A stretch of DNA of 64,000 bases from a virus (Duplodnaviria; Caudoviricetes). The first letter of the stretch is position 1. Each line of letters begins with the position of its first letter. The position numbers were made by a program, and so were the translations under genes. Shown here one piece after another: positions 40,001 through 48,750 of this stretch. The DNA lies in IMG/VR virus record IMGVR_UViG_3300047545_000339, positions 1 through 64,000 of that record, one strand, 5' to 3'. The notes under the pieces are model-generated. The model was not told where the DNA came from. It ran no database searches and saw nothing but the letters and a program-made list of their open reading frames with translations.

Positions 40001-42151
40001 GAAGATAGGCTTTCAAATATTGATACTAGAAAGAGGACTAGGGCAGCAAGGTCGCTTATGGGTGAGCAAGGGGTATCAAGAGAAACATTTAACTTTATTG
40101 CTGAAGATACAGACAGACTTGATGCATACTGGGAATTAAAAAAGAGGGCAAATAAGGGCGATAAAGAGGCAGTCAAAGATCTTGAAAGATTTTTAAAGAT
40201 TCAACAAAGAAAGGTTAACTTAGAAGAAAAGTTTAATGATTCCCTAAAGACTGGTATTGAATTAGCAAGAGAAGAGTGGGATGAATATGCCTCTAAGCAA
40301 AATGCCTTCTTTGATAGAGAGTTTGCTGCTATTCAGGTACAGGAAGATATTCAATTTGAAGCAGACTATGGAATGTCAGTCTCTGATATGGAATGGCAAA
40401 TAAAACTTAATGAAGATTTAATTGATGGATATAGAGAAAGAATCCAGGTAATTAATGATGAAATTAGAGCACTAGAAACAAGAAATGGAATTGCAAGTGA
40501 CTACTCCGACTGGGGAATAGAACAACTTCAAAAAGAAATTGATTCTAATCAAGATTTAATTAGAGGGTATGAAAGACAAAATGAACTAGCTCAAAGAAAA
40601 ATAGACAACCTTAAGCGTGAAGATGAATTAAGAATGAGAGTTTCTGAAGAACTTTCTCGTGACCTTGAAATCATGTCAGAGGCTGAAACAAAAATTGATG
40701 AAGCTTACAATAAAAGAATTGAAGCATTAGATAAGGTTCAAAGCATTAATCAACAAATTATTGAACAACAAAAACAACAGCTTAATCTATCTCAAGCAAT
40801 ATCTGAGGGAGACATTTATGCTGCTACCGCTGCTGCTCAAGAGATGAGAGCATCTGCTGCATCATTTGCAGTGGAACAAGTAAGAACATCTTTGGATAAA
40901 GGAAGAGAAAATGAGATAGCATCTTTAAGAACTTCTGGAGGGCTGACAAGAGAACAAGCAGAAAAACAAATATCTGATATTAAAGAGCAATCATATCAAA
41001 CATCTTTAAAAACTAGACTGCTTGAAGATGAAATTTACAATAGACAAATAAATGACATTCTTCCACTTAAAGATAAAGAGTTTAACCTTAATAAAGCACT
41101 TGAAAGCTTACAAGATTCTATTGCAACAAAACAATTAGCTATTCGTGATATTGAAAGATCTAAAATTGAGCCACTTGAAAGACAAAATGCTTTAATGGCA
41201 GAACAGGTTGATGATCATCTATTAAAGATAGAAGGAAAGCAAAGGGATGTAAAGAATGAGGTAGGACTAACAAAAGATGAATTTGAAAAAATGAATAATT
41301 GGATGCAAGCAGATCTGGCCTGGCAAGAACTAATGACAAAGGAAACTGAAAGAGCAGAACAAAAGGCTGCAGACTTAGCGGCGCAATGGCAAAATGTTGG
41401 AGAACAAATACAGGCAGCTAAAAAAGCTTTAGCAGGAGATTTTGCAAAAATAGCTCTTAAACCACTAGGAAAGACATACACTGAAGAAGATAGAAAAGCA
41501 GAGAGGGCTGCAGCGCAGGCAAGATATGATAAAGCAGTCTCTGGATATCTTTCTTCCGCTGCATCTCAAACATCAGCTGCTTTAACAACTGATGGTTCAT
41601 CAGGAGAAACTCAGGGATCTTCTGGAAAAACTCCTAGTCAAAATTCTAGATCAATAATGATGCCTGGAATGAAGATGCTAACTGGTCAAGCATTAGATGA
41701 AGGTATTATTTATATGGATAAAAATGGAAGGTTTAGGTGGACTAAAACTAAAAAACTTGTTCCAACTATGCCAGAGGGAGATTTATCTAAATATTTCAGT
41801 GGTGGAATGGTTGCTGGTAATGGATCAAGAGATTCTATTAGAGCAATATTATCTCCTGGAGAATTTATAATTCGTAAAGCAATGGTAGATAAATATGGAA
41901 CACCATTGATGAATGCACTTAATCAAGGATCTTTTGCTATGCCAACATATAATACTGGACCAGAAACTCCACAAATGAACTCAGTAAATAGTACTTCTAT
42001 TTCCAGCACTAACGCTCCAGTGTATAATACATATGATATGAAATTCTCTATTAATGGGGCAAGTCAGTCTGCTGATGATATTGCTAATAAGGTTATGTTT
42101 AAAATGAAACAGTTACAAAATCAACAGGTTAGAGGTAACCGTGGCTACTAG
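31046..42151 (+). CDS. Tape measure protein (3701 aa)
   Basis: TP901-type core (NWGKNTQWAGRQL...ANAIKSGL), hydrophobic segments, long coiled coils and two GG...G..D...A.L.PGE motifs. Confidence 0.93.
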   Translation: MSTPVNASINILVNTSQATAQLRSLQAQIAATNKGINSGSGAAAAQQAALSKALMDSANASRMWNARVVPVTTATQQFSDALDRGKMSLGQYTRYASSQLPGMSRIFKREFDMMSRVAEQNVKRMQTQYVALGNNAAGAAQAMAMTPTALNKQAAATQIAAQRQMMMNRMIDLGSTKLLNWGKNTQWAGRQLMVGFSLPLAMMGAAAAKAFKEIDKAEISFKRVYGNLETTTAEMERNLDAVKELGAEYTKYGKSMASTIDIAARVAATGAQGDALVAGTEQTIRLATLGLMEYDEALDATIALQTAFQTSNEDLAPTIDFLNIVENETILTMQDMAAAIPRVAPVIKGLGGDVKDLAVMMTALREGGVTAEQGANAIKSGLGRLINPTKAAREEMAKYNISIDAIAQQNKGDLMGMLNDFSDALVRLGNFEQQQVLQKVFGTYQYARLGALFKNLANDSGQAARAIELTSMSVEDLARVSDKELSKIEEATSVKFQAAIEKMKIAIAPVGETFLKILTPVIDIVTKIADKFNNLPDGIKNAITVAIALIAGIGPIVLMVVGLFANGIANIVKFVQIMRKFFARLKGDSSAFGHLAQKEQEARLAADGLSGSTEKLTGKFVIQQRALERLIELLSIYSGRLGSVAGIALPATAPGKTGFVPAAKATSTQPRSFFTPMGRMIPPRKYAGGVTGVPGTGNKDTVPALLTPGESVVTKSATQKYAPVIAAMNAGTLPGFNGGLTPSTTQLRTTDWAARYAGIIPGRSIGPIAARLSGAENELNEAKALGKGVEEARKKLRRLQQALRGLIAQGISPTAAALDKSVARMKKREKELSKPPVIRRSASREVSPQARALGYDRPMQQLQMTGDEARQRGHLGGAVRMPIERAVRMIEANPSIYRESAKEAIRNLQASGAKYVNVFNNGIASISQTLNAAMNNNKATIDMAKKELGNPKNHVMLREQLKNLGMSDDEIEKKLIQYTARLNAELDAVAKQIGGSNIPLKRKDMDMALRRAAGIAAKETLSSSKDYSGGRYIGPGMGTESERTANARMMQTRGISVPKGGDRYDRLPLYASNQGKPFYTQMPQMEKYFPTQARQFPTDDLAKAGVPRKELLGAFGSLAKTPAGIGLQRQILATQGDVEKALPLFQKGGQLLGYTFARSMNNAAGLESKKLIPTVGAQSGHASPAPAMGKYGLQDGTLYAQKWIEAAQKYIGSSKIATSPVKGQPVGKEDLSGVRMSTKVLASTLIATLGDAKTSLLAAFRQIPAFAWEATRAIAPIFVALGQAFIQLNPWITKSVDSIKRFLTQISYTWMGLKLTGAEAIKTTLAKAKAAYVEVMLKTMIIWEKAKTLPMKAKNAYETAMIKTMLAWESVKRMPAQIKNAVSTFMSDLPRNLQRLRNQVFYRGQDVSRRVSERLRPVRERLAGIRDSFKRAGTIAANPVPRAMTVTIAGMVAQEKLNSAVTKASQAFDPIKSKIVQFGQSISSAAQFVSKGFQLLADPLGRAVVVATITRVSLEKLNAALEFVRQKLSPIATAFNSVVSAVKGVATKISRITQLLMDPLGRAVVISTLSKRMQEAFSSAVTAVKAGANKLYESLLWGAIKAVTGIEKATIAIRGVIVNVFNGAVTAVKAGATKLYESMILGAIKVVTGVEKIVGAFAAMRTMAVTKWNNVLATLRSVNLKQAFIDAGKAIKGAATGGADEIKKSLRSAAISIRDAGRIAGAIISNVGAAGKGVAQGIGGWLGKVNEKTGQTRGQRISGVGNSAVMGLMGVSMAASFLEGELGEMAQKIMPVTMGLMGLQMLLPMLTNPFGLAIVAVGALTAMFVKTRMDLDNLARSAAEAGANLGGIANRQQEMSAATGYTFASQRAKDRLFRINPDQKESMSQFSEYFESERGTKFLDNLRELTSAERYTEVAKMISMAIADGMDEETAKAYGYSVAYYLNDAVMQEKLKLDFAAGNFAKGIDNLIDIIAERQAAIDALGGYRPTDVGQSGASRSLANMTGIGKYDTQKSMFAEGLGKTGAAAGVGTLAGLGVGLGATMAMYGVGLGAALSAGVAGATAGSVVPIVGTVIGAITGTLIGGLVAWKQYQDQVARLNENIGSAARIMGGSIQVLGELRGAEQLLIEKRQEGLISAEEYATEMARVDQIEAKATANMSSVIQSMMMGGQVDTGALNEALKSQLIVSGFEGDLAGAVVGTINVENIAKALFPEEDLDTILADQAKRSAITAVMIESLAGITPENAKQRVSDVTSQWSSISEELLIAAEDGLTQDEARAVLAGKRAGQIVMDRLLGGAEGSIEGYSAGTTASDYEKAADALSRIAAGNTTNLPSGVKIVEGKEGDPDRVEVNGRVYEASAAGEEKKSLAVRVAEGQLGTAIPEDGATPAQSSTLNFAQNDLDIISRSYGYNEDAINFIANSAKQMGVTVQEFLADAMADPTYGPAFVENMEAALKDENFDWMQLEGLGIGTTAEQIKESIMLALDLSDVKIKYPELEVTDVGTTEQYISGAATAWAALPETQTAIEERAISPEQLDVGLAAATDVLGAEGLNELLATPDAMNVLLDLIAKMNTAEFAGMDMAKAIEEVFGGNTTQNAEELTDGLNKFEDSYSGMGPAFGENAQIVIDYFKGMAEESKNAGETSEDYVKRMSQEAKGYAEIIKGMPTDMTARLGINIEDPSTFMEIGPHLDQVIKMWPILSNLDKGIDLKAAIEAGLLTTENGEYKSPDQLAKDVKTTNKTWKNFGKAETLEAKKKILFEMTVNENDPEAVKKADETWNSLIDRFGEAKVLDMGTDVFKKAWDLQITLTGNADKLKDLKDTYASLAVRPGWAATEAGKTMAADIKALEIAIAQGESEMANIKINPSGGSDTGSSGSSGGGGGGKESPLKGFKEEILNMAKLWTDATMSMEKLNNAKMSFAQQVFKGQGIFDKLKNIKGLPKDAISQIMEMGPEGSEEFIKKFTKGNKITAAGKGFLQAQSAARINQMVGEDRLSNIDTRKRTRAARSLMGEQGVSRETFNFIAEDTDRLDAYWELKKRANKGDKEAVKDLERFLKIQQRKVNLEEKFNDSLKTGIELAREEWDEYASKQNAFFDREFAAIQVQEDIQFEADYGMSVSDMEWQIKLNEDLIDGYRERIQVINDEIRALETRNGIASDYSDWGIEQLQKEIDSNQDLIRGYERQNELAQRKIDNLKREDELRMRVSEELSRDLEIMSEAETKIDEAYNKRIEALDKVQSINQQIIEQQKQQLNLSQAISEGDIYAATAAAQEMRASAASFAVEQVRTSLDKGRENEIASLRTSGGLTREQAEKQISDIKEQSYQTSLKTRLLEDEIYNRQINDILPLKDKEFNLNKALESLQDSIATKQLAIRDIERSKIEPLERQNALMAEQVDDHLLKIEGKQRDVKNEVGLTKDEFEKMNNWMQADLAWQELMTKETERAEQKAADLAAQWQNVGEQIQAAKKALAGDFAKIALKPLGKTYTEEDRKAERAAAQARYDKAVSGYLSSAASQTSAALTTDGSSGETQGSSGKTPSQNSRSIMMPGMKMLTGQALDEGIIYMDKNGRFRWTKTKKLVPTMPEGDLSKYFSGGMVAGNGSRDSIRAILSPGEFIIRKAMVDKYGTPLMNALNQGSFAMPTYNTGPETPQMNSVNSTSISSTNAPVYNTYDMKFSINGASQSADDIANKVMFKMKQLQNQQVRGNRGY

Positions 42152-42764
42152 CTCGTATATGGCTGGAAGAATTAAGTGGCAAAGGCCACAGGCAGTCTTA
42201 TTTTCTGATAACCCAGGAACACTACAAGACGGACTATATATTCCACAGGGTAATGAATTTGAAGACTTTATAATCCTATCTGATCATAACAGATCTACTA
42301 TTTCTATATCAAATCAAAGGATAGAGACTAGAAATAGAATGGTCAATGGAACAATGAGGTCTTACCATACCGCAGACAAGATCAATGTGTCAACATCTTG
42401 GGCCAGACTTCCTTCAAGAGCGTATGGATCATCTCCAGTATATGTTGATGGAGAACTAGAGCAGACAAATATTTTTAGTCCTGATGGAAAATATTTAGGA
42501 AAAAATCCAGAGGAGTATACAGCAGATGGTGGTGCAGGAGGAGCAGATCTATTAGATTGGTATGAAACACACTATGGACCATTCTGGGTATTCCTATCAT
42601 ACGACAAGGATGGATCTGGAAACCTAAATAGATACACCCAAGTTGCTCAAATGTATTTTGCTTCATTTGATTATGACATTGAAAAAAGAGGTCAGGCTTG
42701 GAGTAATGGAAGAGCAACTGGATTTGATATGTGGAACGTAAGCATGGCTTTGGAGCAGGTATAA
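42141..42764 (+). CDS. Distal tail (Dit-like) protein (putative)
   Basis: Follows the tape measure; RMVNGTMRSY and WNVSMALEQV. Confidence 0.6.
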   Translation: MATSSYMAGRIKWQRPQAVLFSDNPGTLQDGLYIPQGNEFEDFIILSDHNRSTISISNQRIETRNRMVNGTMRSYHTADKINVSTSWARLPSRAYGSSPVYVDGELEQTNIFSPDGKYLGKNPEEYTADGGAGGADLLDWYETHYGPFWVFLSYDKDGSGNLNRYTQVAQMYFASFDYDIEKRGQAWSNGRATGFDMWNVSMALEQV

Positions 42765-45700
42765 TGTTTCAGTCTGAAGAATTAGACAATCATCTAAAAA
42801 CATCACACACTATTAAAACAGAATCAATTGTCTTTGCCGAATGGAATATGAATGATTCTGAAAATATTGAAAAACTAGGAAACTACAGATACAGGCCAAA
42901 CACAGTAGACAATAAGTTTTCTATAGTTCCAACTACTTATGATCCAGTAGATGACGGAGGATACTACACAGGTGCCACAGACGCAGATATAACAGTACAG
43001 TCTGGTTTTGCTGATGAAGATCAGCCAGTATTTCTTGCAACAAGAAATGAAAAAATGAATCTTCTATATTCTTTAGAGGATTGCATTAAACCACATAGAC
43101 CAAGATCTGGAATCAATAAGTTATTATATCTAGGAGATGCAGCAAGTCAATATTTAGATATGGGCGGTAGAGATGACTCATCCCAAGAACTTTTAAATAT
43201 TGCCAATAGGCCAAGATACTATATGTCATCAAGAAAAGATCCATTCAAATATTGGACTTCCTATAGAACAGAGCAAGAAAACGGGGAGCAAAAAGAATAC
43301 GGAGTATCTTTTCAAACAAACTTTGGAAACATTTTTTATATCTATGATGCCGCTCCATTTGTTGTATATAAAGATTTAGTTCCTACAAATAAAATAGTCA
43401 TCAAGATGCAAACAAACGTAGGGGATGTAAACCTAGGACCATTTAGATATAACAACCAACAGTTTCAAGATCCACTTTTTGGATATGAAAATCAAACAAC
43501 TCCAATCAAGTGGAGGGTAGAGGTCTTAGATGATGATAACTGGGTAGAAGCAATATCTTTTGATGCTAACTCAAGAGATGAAAATAATGAACCAGTTATT
43601 AAAAGTGATGGATATGTAGAGATCTCGTATGGATTACAAATTCCATTTAGATATAGAGATTCTTATGTATACGCTGGAGTTTTATCAGATGAATCTTTGC
43701 TGCCAGAACAAGCAATAGATGGAGATACATTTCTTATAAAGCAGAGCAGCAATGATAGGGGAGTTTTAAAGATCTATGATTCTGGACAATGGGAAACTTT
43801 TATTCCAGAATATAATTGGCAATTATCTAGCCAAACAATTGATATTAGAAGCAGTGCAGTTACAGAACTTACAAATCCAGACTACTTTATTAATGAAGAA
43901 GGATTTGTTCAGTTTAGAGAGTTTCAATTCATTCGCGGTATAAGAGTTGTTGTTGAAACAATGAATAAGCCAGAATGTACATTTGATCTTATTGAGTTTT
44001 CTCCTAGATTATTTGCAAATATTTCTGATAACGTATCATCTATACAGATAACAAAAACAATGTCAGACTTAGGAAATGGATCTATTCCAGTTGGAAATAT
44101 TATTGCATCCACAGGAAGCCTAGATATTTTTGATGACGATTTTTCTTTTAACAGAAACAATGTTTTTAATTTTGAAACAAATGAAGGAAGCATTGTTGCA
44201 AAATATGTTGACAAAAGAGTTAAGTTTAACTTCTATCAAGTGGTAAAAGATGTAAATAGTTTTGACTATTTTATTCCAATAAAGATAATGTATACAGATC
44301 AAATACCACCAGTATCTCAATCTACTGGCTTGATTAATACCTCATTAAGAGACTTTTTCTTTAATCTAGAGTCATCAAAGGCTCCAGAACTATTAATGAC
44401 TGATGTATCAATCAGTTATGCTGTCACACTACTTCTTGACTATATGGGCTATAGCAATTATGTATTTAAAAGAATATTAAATACTTCAGAAATAATAATC
44501 CCATTCTTTTTTGTGGCACCAGATCAAAACGTGGCAGAAGTTTTACAACAACTTGCAGTAGCATCACAGACAGCAATGTTTTTTGATGAGTACAATAACT
44601 TGGTTGTAATGTCTAAAGAATATCTTTTACCAGAAGAGGGACAGAGAGAAGTTGACTCATACCTATATGGTCAAGAAGAAGGAGAAAATCTTCCTAACAT
44701 TATTAATCTCTCATCTGAAGAAAAAAGAGTTTACAACGATGGAAGTATTAACTACACAACAAGGTATATTCAAAGAGAAATCTCTGAATACTCTCAAGCA
44801 CCGTATACTGATAAATATAAAACATATGGATACAAGCCTGTTCTTCTATGGGAGGTATCGGGAAAAGAAACCCTCAGAACAAAGAATGATTTGGCTGGTC
44901 AGTCATCTGGATATACTCTAAGCGCTGCTCCATTAAATTCTAATTTATCGGCAGATGTTCCAGTAGTTGAAAATAATCAAGTCATCAACAACATCCTTGA
45001 TCTTGGAGAAAATATAGATGCTGGATTTGGAGGTTTGTCTTCATATCAAGGATATTTATATGCAAATGGAGAGATCATAAAGTATGATGCTATAGAATAT
45101 TCAATCTCTGGAAACCTTAATGATGGACAGTCTGGAAATCTAAGGTGGATTAGTAGCAATCAAGAATATCAAAGATATTTTTCTAAACTTCCATTTAATG
45201 GAAAGATTTATCCAACTGGAAATGTAAGAATATACTCAGAGCCAGACTATGAAACCGTTAATGGTATAACTCAAATGAAAAATGGTGCGGTAAAAAAGCA
45301 CGGTAGAGGACAGTTTGGTACACCTATAACTAGTCATGGAGCAGGGTTAAACGATTATTGGTCAAGCGATGATAATGTTTTTGGCTGTGTGCAAGAGTCA
45401 AAAGAATATCTTTTTAATACAGACCAATATATTAATTATCCAGAAACACAAAAGGATATTAAGGCTGGAAAAACTAAAGAAATTTCTGGCTTAGGATTTT
45501 TTAATGCAGATGTTCGTGCAGAAAACTCTACAAGAAATGGAATAATTAAGAACTTTAGAGCAAATAAGTATTACACAGAAAGAGAAGTTAATTACTTTAG
45601 TACTGCAAGAACAGGAACGATGCAGTCTTCTGCTCTAGTTTTTCAGGGTCCAGAAATTCCAAGTCAGATAAGGGCATCAGACTTTGTATCGTATGTCTAT

Positions 45701-48019
45701 AAAGATCTATCTTCTGGGTCTAGAAACCCTTCTGCAACAATTAGATCTTTTATAATAAAGTATAATGATGGATACTCCCCTTATCCATTAATATCAAATA
45801 GATATCCTCAAGGTACTCAGGCTGCCCAAGATAACATAGAACTTATAATAGATAAAGAGTTAGGTGGTCAGGGCATGTATCGATTAATTTCTGATCAAAC
45901 TAATCAAAATTATTATGATGATTCTTTTGTTAATAACATTCTTGAGCAAATTAGACAAGAGGAATCAGTAGAGTATATTGTTTGGGATCAAATAGTTACA
46001 ATAAATAAAAATGAACAAACTCCAGTACCTGCACAATACACACACTTTGGTACAAGAATGAGAATTGTTGGAAAGATTGAATCAACAAACCAAAAATCTG
46101 AAACACCTTTTGGGGCATTTCCAATATACGAAACTCAAGACTTAAATATCGATGACCCAGAAAAAAATATACAGATACTGGGTGGATCTGGTGGTCTAGG
46201 TATTAACGTAAATAAGGAAAGAAATACTGGGTACTTTTTTGAAATAGTTTCTCTAACTCAAGATAATATTAATCAGTATACAAACAATAACAAAGAACAG
46301 TTTGTTAGTTATCAAATTTTGAGCGATCCCGCTCCTTCTTGTGTAAACAATGTTGTGACAGTAAGAAGCAAGAATAATATAGAATTTGTTGTTGGACAAA
46401 AATTAGTTATTTCTGGCATGGTAGATTCATTAAATCCAACAGATACAAGAACTCCATTAAATGGAGAGTATCAAGTAACAGCAATTAATGAAGATGGAAA
46501 AACATTTCAATACATAATTCCAGGTGATCCAATAGCAAATAGAACATCCACCACTGGGGCAACAGCCTTTGTTTCTACAAATGCACCAAATAATATTGCA
46601 AATATATATTTTTACAAGGTAGTTGCTGATAATAAAAGAACGGTTTTTCATAGTTATTCAATAGAGAGCAATGTCTTAACCCTATTTTCTGAATCTCCTG
46701 CAAGATTTGTTGTTGGAGAAAAAATATATATTGACTACCCAGCAGGATTATCTCCAGTAGACCTTAGTGGAGAAAGAACTATCTCTGGAGTTTCTGGAAA
46801 TACAATATCAATAAATCTTCAATCTGACTTAAACCAACCAAAAACAGAAATGAAAGTCATAGTAAATCTTGTGGAAGGGGCATTGGCAGTACCATATAGG
46901 CTTTGGAGTGGAACAGGAAATATTACTGTTGATGATGGAAGATTTACTGGTCAATATAGATTTGTAGGAGAGGAAAATCCAACAGTATATGATTTAGCAG
47001 CAGAGTATACAACAATTGGAAGTGCAAAAAGATTTTATCTTTACATAAATGGCAAGCAGGTTGCAACAGTTACAGACACAGACCCTCTACCAGACTATAA
47101 TGGAATGTCTCTTTTTGTTAGAGGAAGTTCAAGGTGTATGTTTGAAAATATATATGCCTTGGCAACAAATGTTAGCGATAACAGCAAGGTTCCTGTAGCA
47201 TATCCAGTATCAAAGGTCTGGGGGGATGAAGAGGTAGATGCCTCAGAATCTTTAAAGAAGTATGCAATTAGTGGGATGATCCAAAAAACATATTTGTCTG
47301 GAATAAATACTGAAGGAGAACCTTCTCATAACTTGTATTTTGATGAGTTTGGAACTATAATGAGAGAGGCGGCATACCTAAATATTAAGTATGATCGTGC
47401 CTATCCAGCACTTTATGCAAGAATGATGAATACATTTAACAGACTAAAAGGATATTCCGTTTCTGGATTCTACGCTGGGTCTTATGGAGCAGAGTTCTTG
47501 ATCTTTAACTGTACAGATACTAACATAAACCTAGATGATACAACTGGAAACTTCTTAAGAATTCAAGGAATAGCATTCACTCAGTCAACAAGCAAAACTT
47601 TGACAGTAGATGATTATTATAATAAAATGTCATCATTGTCCGATCCTATTTATAGAAATGACAATACTTTGTATAGCCCTTTGATTGCAAGAGAAGAGTA
47701 TAACAAAATTGTTAATAGTAGATCAAAGCATGGCTTAAATGAATTTAGCATAGACAGTAGTTATATTCAAACAGATGAAGCAGCAGAGGATGTTTTTGGG
47801 TGGATTATAAGAAAGATTTCTTCTCCAAAAATATTGGTTGGCCTTAATACTTTTGCAACATTTAATCTACAACTAGGAGATATTCTAGAAGTTAATTATA
47901 AAAATAATGACGGACTAGATATTATTTCAGATTCTTCAAAAAGATTTGTTGTTTATAATATGGAATATAATAAAACTTTAGGTCAAGAAACTATGACAAT
48001 GTATTTAGCGGAGGTATAA
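42764..48019 (+). CDS. Large tail-tip/baseplate hub protein
   Basis: TAATG coupling favours the ATG at 42764. AMFFDEYNNL and LQLGD hub-like motifs, with inserted small beta-barrels. Confidence 0.65.
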   Translation: MFQSEELDNHLKTSHTIKTESIVFAEWNMNDSENIEKLGNYRYRPNTVDNKFSIVPTTYDPVDDGGYYTGATDADITVQSGFADEDQPVFLATRNEKMNLLYSLEDCIKPHRPRSGINKLLYLGDAASQYLDMGGRDDSSQELLNIANRPRYYMSSRKDPFKYWTSYRTEQENGEQKEYGVSFQTNFGNIFYIYDAAPFVVYKDLVPTNKIVIKMQTNVGDVNLGPFRYNNQQFQDPLFGYENQTTPIKWRVEVLDDDNWVEAISFDANSRDENNEPVIKSDGYVEISYGLQIPFRYRDSYVYAGVLSDESLLPEQAIDGDTFLIKQSSNDRGVLKIYDSGQWETFIPEYNWQLSSQTIDIRSSAVTELTNPDYFINEEGFVQFREFQFIRGIRVVVETMNKPECTFDLIEFSPRLFANISDNVSSIQITKTMSDLGNGSIPVGNIIASTGSLDIFDDDFSFNRNNVFNFETNEGSIVAKYVDKRVKFNFYQVVKDVNSFDYFIPIKIMYTDQIPPVSQSTGLINTSLRDFFFNLESSKAPELLMTDVSISYAVTLLLDYMGYSNYVFKRILNTSEIIIPFFFVAPDQNVAEVLQQLAVASQTAMFFDEYNNLVVMSKEYLLPEEGQREVDSYLYGQEEGENLPNIINLSSEEKRVYNDGSINYTTRYIQREISEYSQAPYTDKYKTYGYKPVLLWEVSGKETLRTKNDLAGQSSGYTLSAAPLNSNLSADVPVVENNQVINNILDLGENIDAGFGGLSSYQGYLYANGEIIKYDAIEYSISGNLNDGQSGNLRWISSNQEYQRYFSKLPFNGKIYPTGNVRIYSEPDYETVNGITQMKNGAVKKHGRGQFGTPITSHGAGLNDYWSSDDNVFGCVQESKEYLFNTDQYINYPETQKDIKAGKTKEISGLGFFNADVRAENSTRNGIIKNFRANKYYTEREVNYFSTARTGTMQSSALVFQGPEIPSQIRASDFVSYVYKDLSSGSRNPSATIRSFIIKYNDGYSPYPLISNRYPQGTQAAQDNIELIIDKELGGQGMYRLISDQTNQNYYDDSFVNNILEQIRQEESVEYIVWDQIVTINKNEQTPVPAQYTHFGTRMRIVGKIESTNQKSETPFGAFPIYETQDLNIDDPEKNIQILGGSGGLGINVNKERNTGYFFEIVSLTQDNINQYTNNNKEQFVSYQILSDPAPSCVNNVVTVRSKNNIEFVVGQKLVISGMVDSLNPTDTRTPLNGEYQVTAINEDGKTFQYIIPGDPIANRTSTTGATAFVSTNAPNNIANIYFYKVVADNKRTVFHSYSIESNVLTLFSESPARFVVGEKIYIDYPAGLSPVDLSGERTISGVSGNTISINLQSDLNQPKTEMKVIVNLVEGALAVPYRLWSGTGNITVDDGRFTGQYRFVGEENPTVYDLAAEYTTIGSAKRFYLYINGKQVATVTDTDPLPDYNGMSLFVRGSSRCMFENIYALATNVSDNSKVPVAYPVSKVWGDEEVDASESLKKYAISGMIQKTYLSGINTEGEPSHNLYFDEFGTIMREAAYLNIKYDRAYPALYARMMNTFNRLKGYSVSGFYAGSYGAEFLIFNCTDTNINLDDTTGNFLRIQGIAFTQSTSKTLTVDDYYNKMSSLSDPIYRNDNTLYSPLIAREEYNKIVNSRSKHGLNEFSIDSSYIQTDEAAEDVFGWIIRKISSPKILVGLNTFATFNLQLGDILEVNYKNNDGLDIISDSSKRFVVYNMEYNKTLGQETMTMYLAEV

Positions 48020-48024
48020 TAAAT

Positions 48025-48750
48025 ATGGCAAAAACTAAAGGTGGGGGCCCAAACCCTAACAAAAATATTGCACAAGCAGAGGCAATATTAAACTCTGGAG
48101 GAAATACTAGCAACTTTACTGCTGCAACATGGGAAAAATTAAAAGAAATAGAAAGGCAAAATAATGCAGCCGCAGCTCCTGCTGTAACACAGCCCCAAAA
48201 AAGTTTTGAAAATATCCCAAACCTTAATCCAGGTGGACTTATTCCATCAACATCCCCAACATATAGTAGCCCAACAACTGAAGCACCAGCCCCACCACCA
48301 GCAAAACCAGTAGACCCATGGCTTAAGTCTTCAAACTACGTTGCCCCTGTTGGAATAAAACAGGCAGACCCAGATATTGTTTTATTTGATTCAGAAAGTA
48401 TAAGTCCAGAACTTTTGTTAGAACTTCAATATGAAGATATTTCTGGAATGGAATTAATTAATATTTCTAGATCAGATATAATAGATGGACAAGATGTTAT
48501 TTATTCCCCAGTTAAAAATCTATCTTCAATACGAAGAAGATATAATCCAAACAATATAATTTCTTCTCCAGAACTTTCTTCATCGTTCTTTTCTAGATTT
48601 GGAATTGATTTAATTCAGAGAGGAATGAATGATCCATATTTTGATGAGCAGGGCAACTTAGTAATTGAGATAGATGATATCAAAGAAAACGAAGTAATTG
48701 AGGTAGAAATAGACACCAATGGTACAATTGAAGAAGTGAATTTTATATGA
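48025..48750 (+). CDS. Hypothetical tail-region protein with a Pro/Ala-rich N-terminus
   Basis: GGAGG RBS; synteny. Confidence 0.55.
   Translation: MAKTKGGGPNPNKNIAQAEAILNSGGNTSNFTAATWEKLKEIERQNNAAAAPAVTQPQKSFENIPNLNPGGLIPSTSPTYSSPTTEAPAPPPAKPVDPWLKSSNYVAPVGIKQADPDIVLFDSESISPELLLELQYEDISGMELINISRSDIIDGQDVIYSPVKNLSSIRRRYNPNNIISSPELSSSFFSRFGIDLIQRGMNDPYFDEQGNLVIEIDDIKENEVIEVEIDTNGTIEEVNFI

Noticed and set aside
42731-42763. Longer starts in the ORF track (42731, 12667, 10498, 21790, 29506, 62870, 6689)
   Set aside because: Downstream ATGs fit stop-start coupling, SD position or promoter spacing better.
42757-48020. AGGTATAAT at 42757 and 48012 as promoters
   Set aside because: They lack the TG and are explained by GTA-TAA gene ends with coupled starts or an SD. 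Spacing to the ATG does not fit leaderless initiation.
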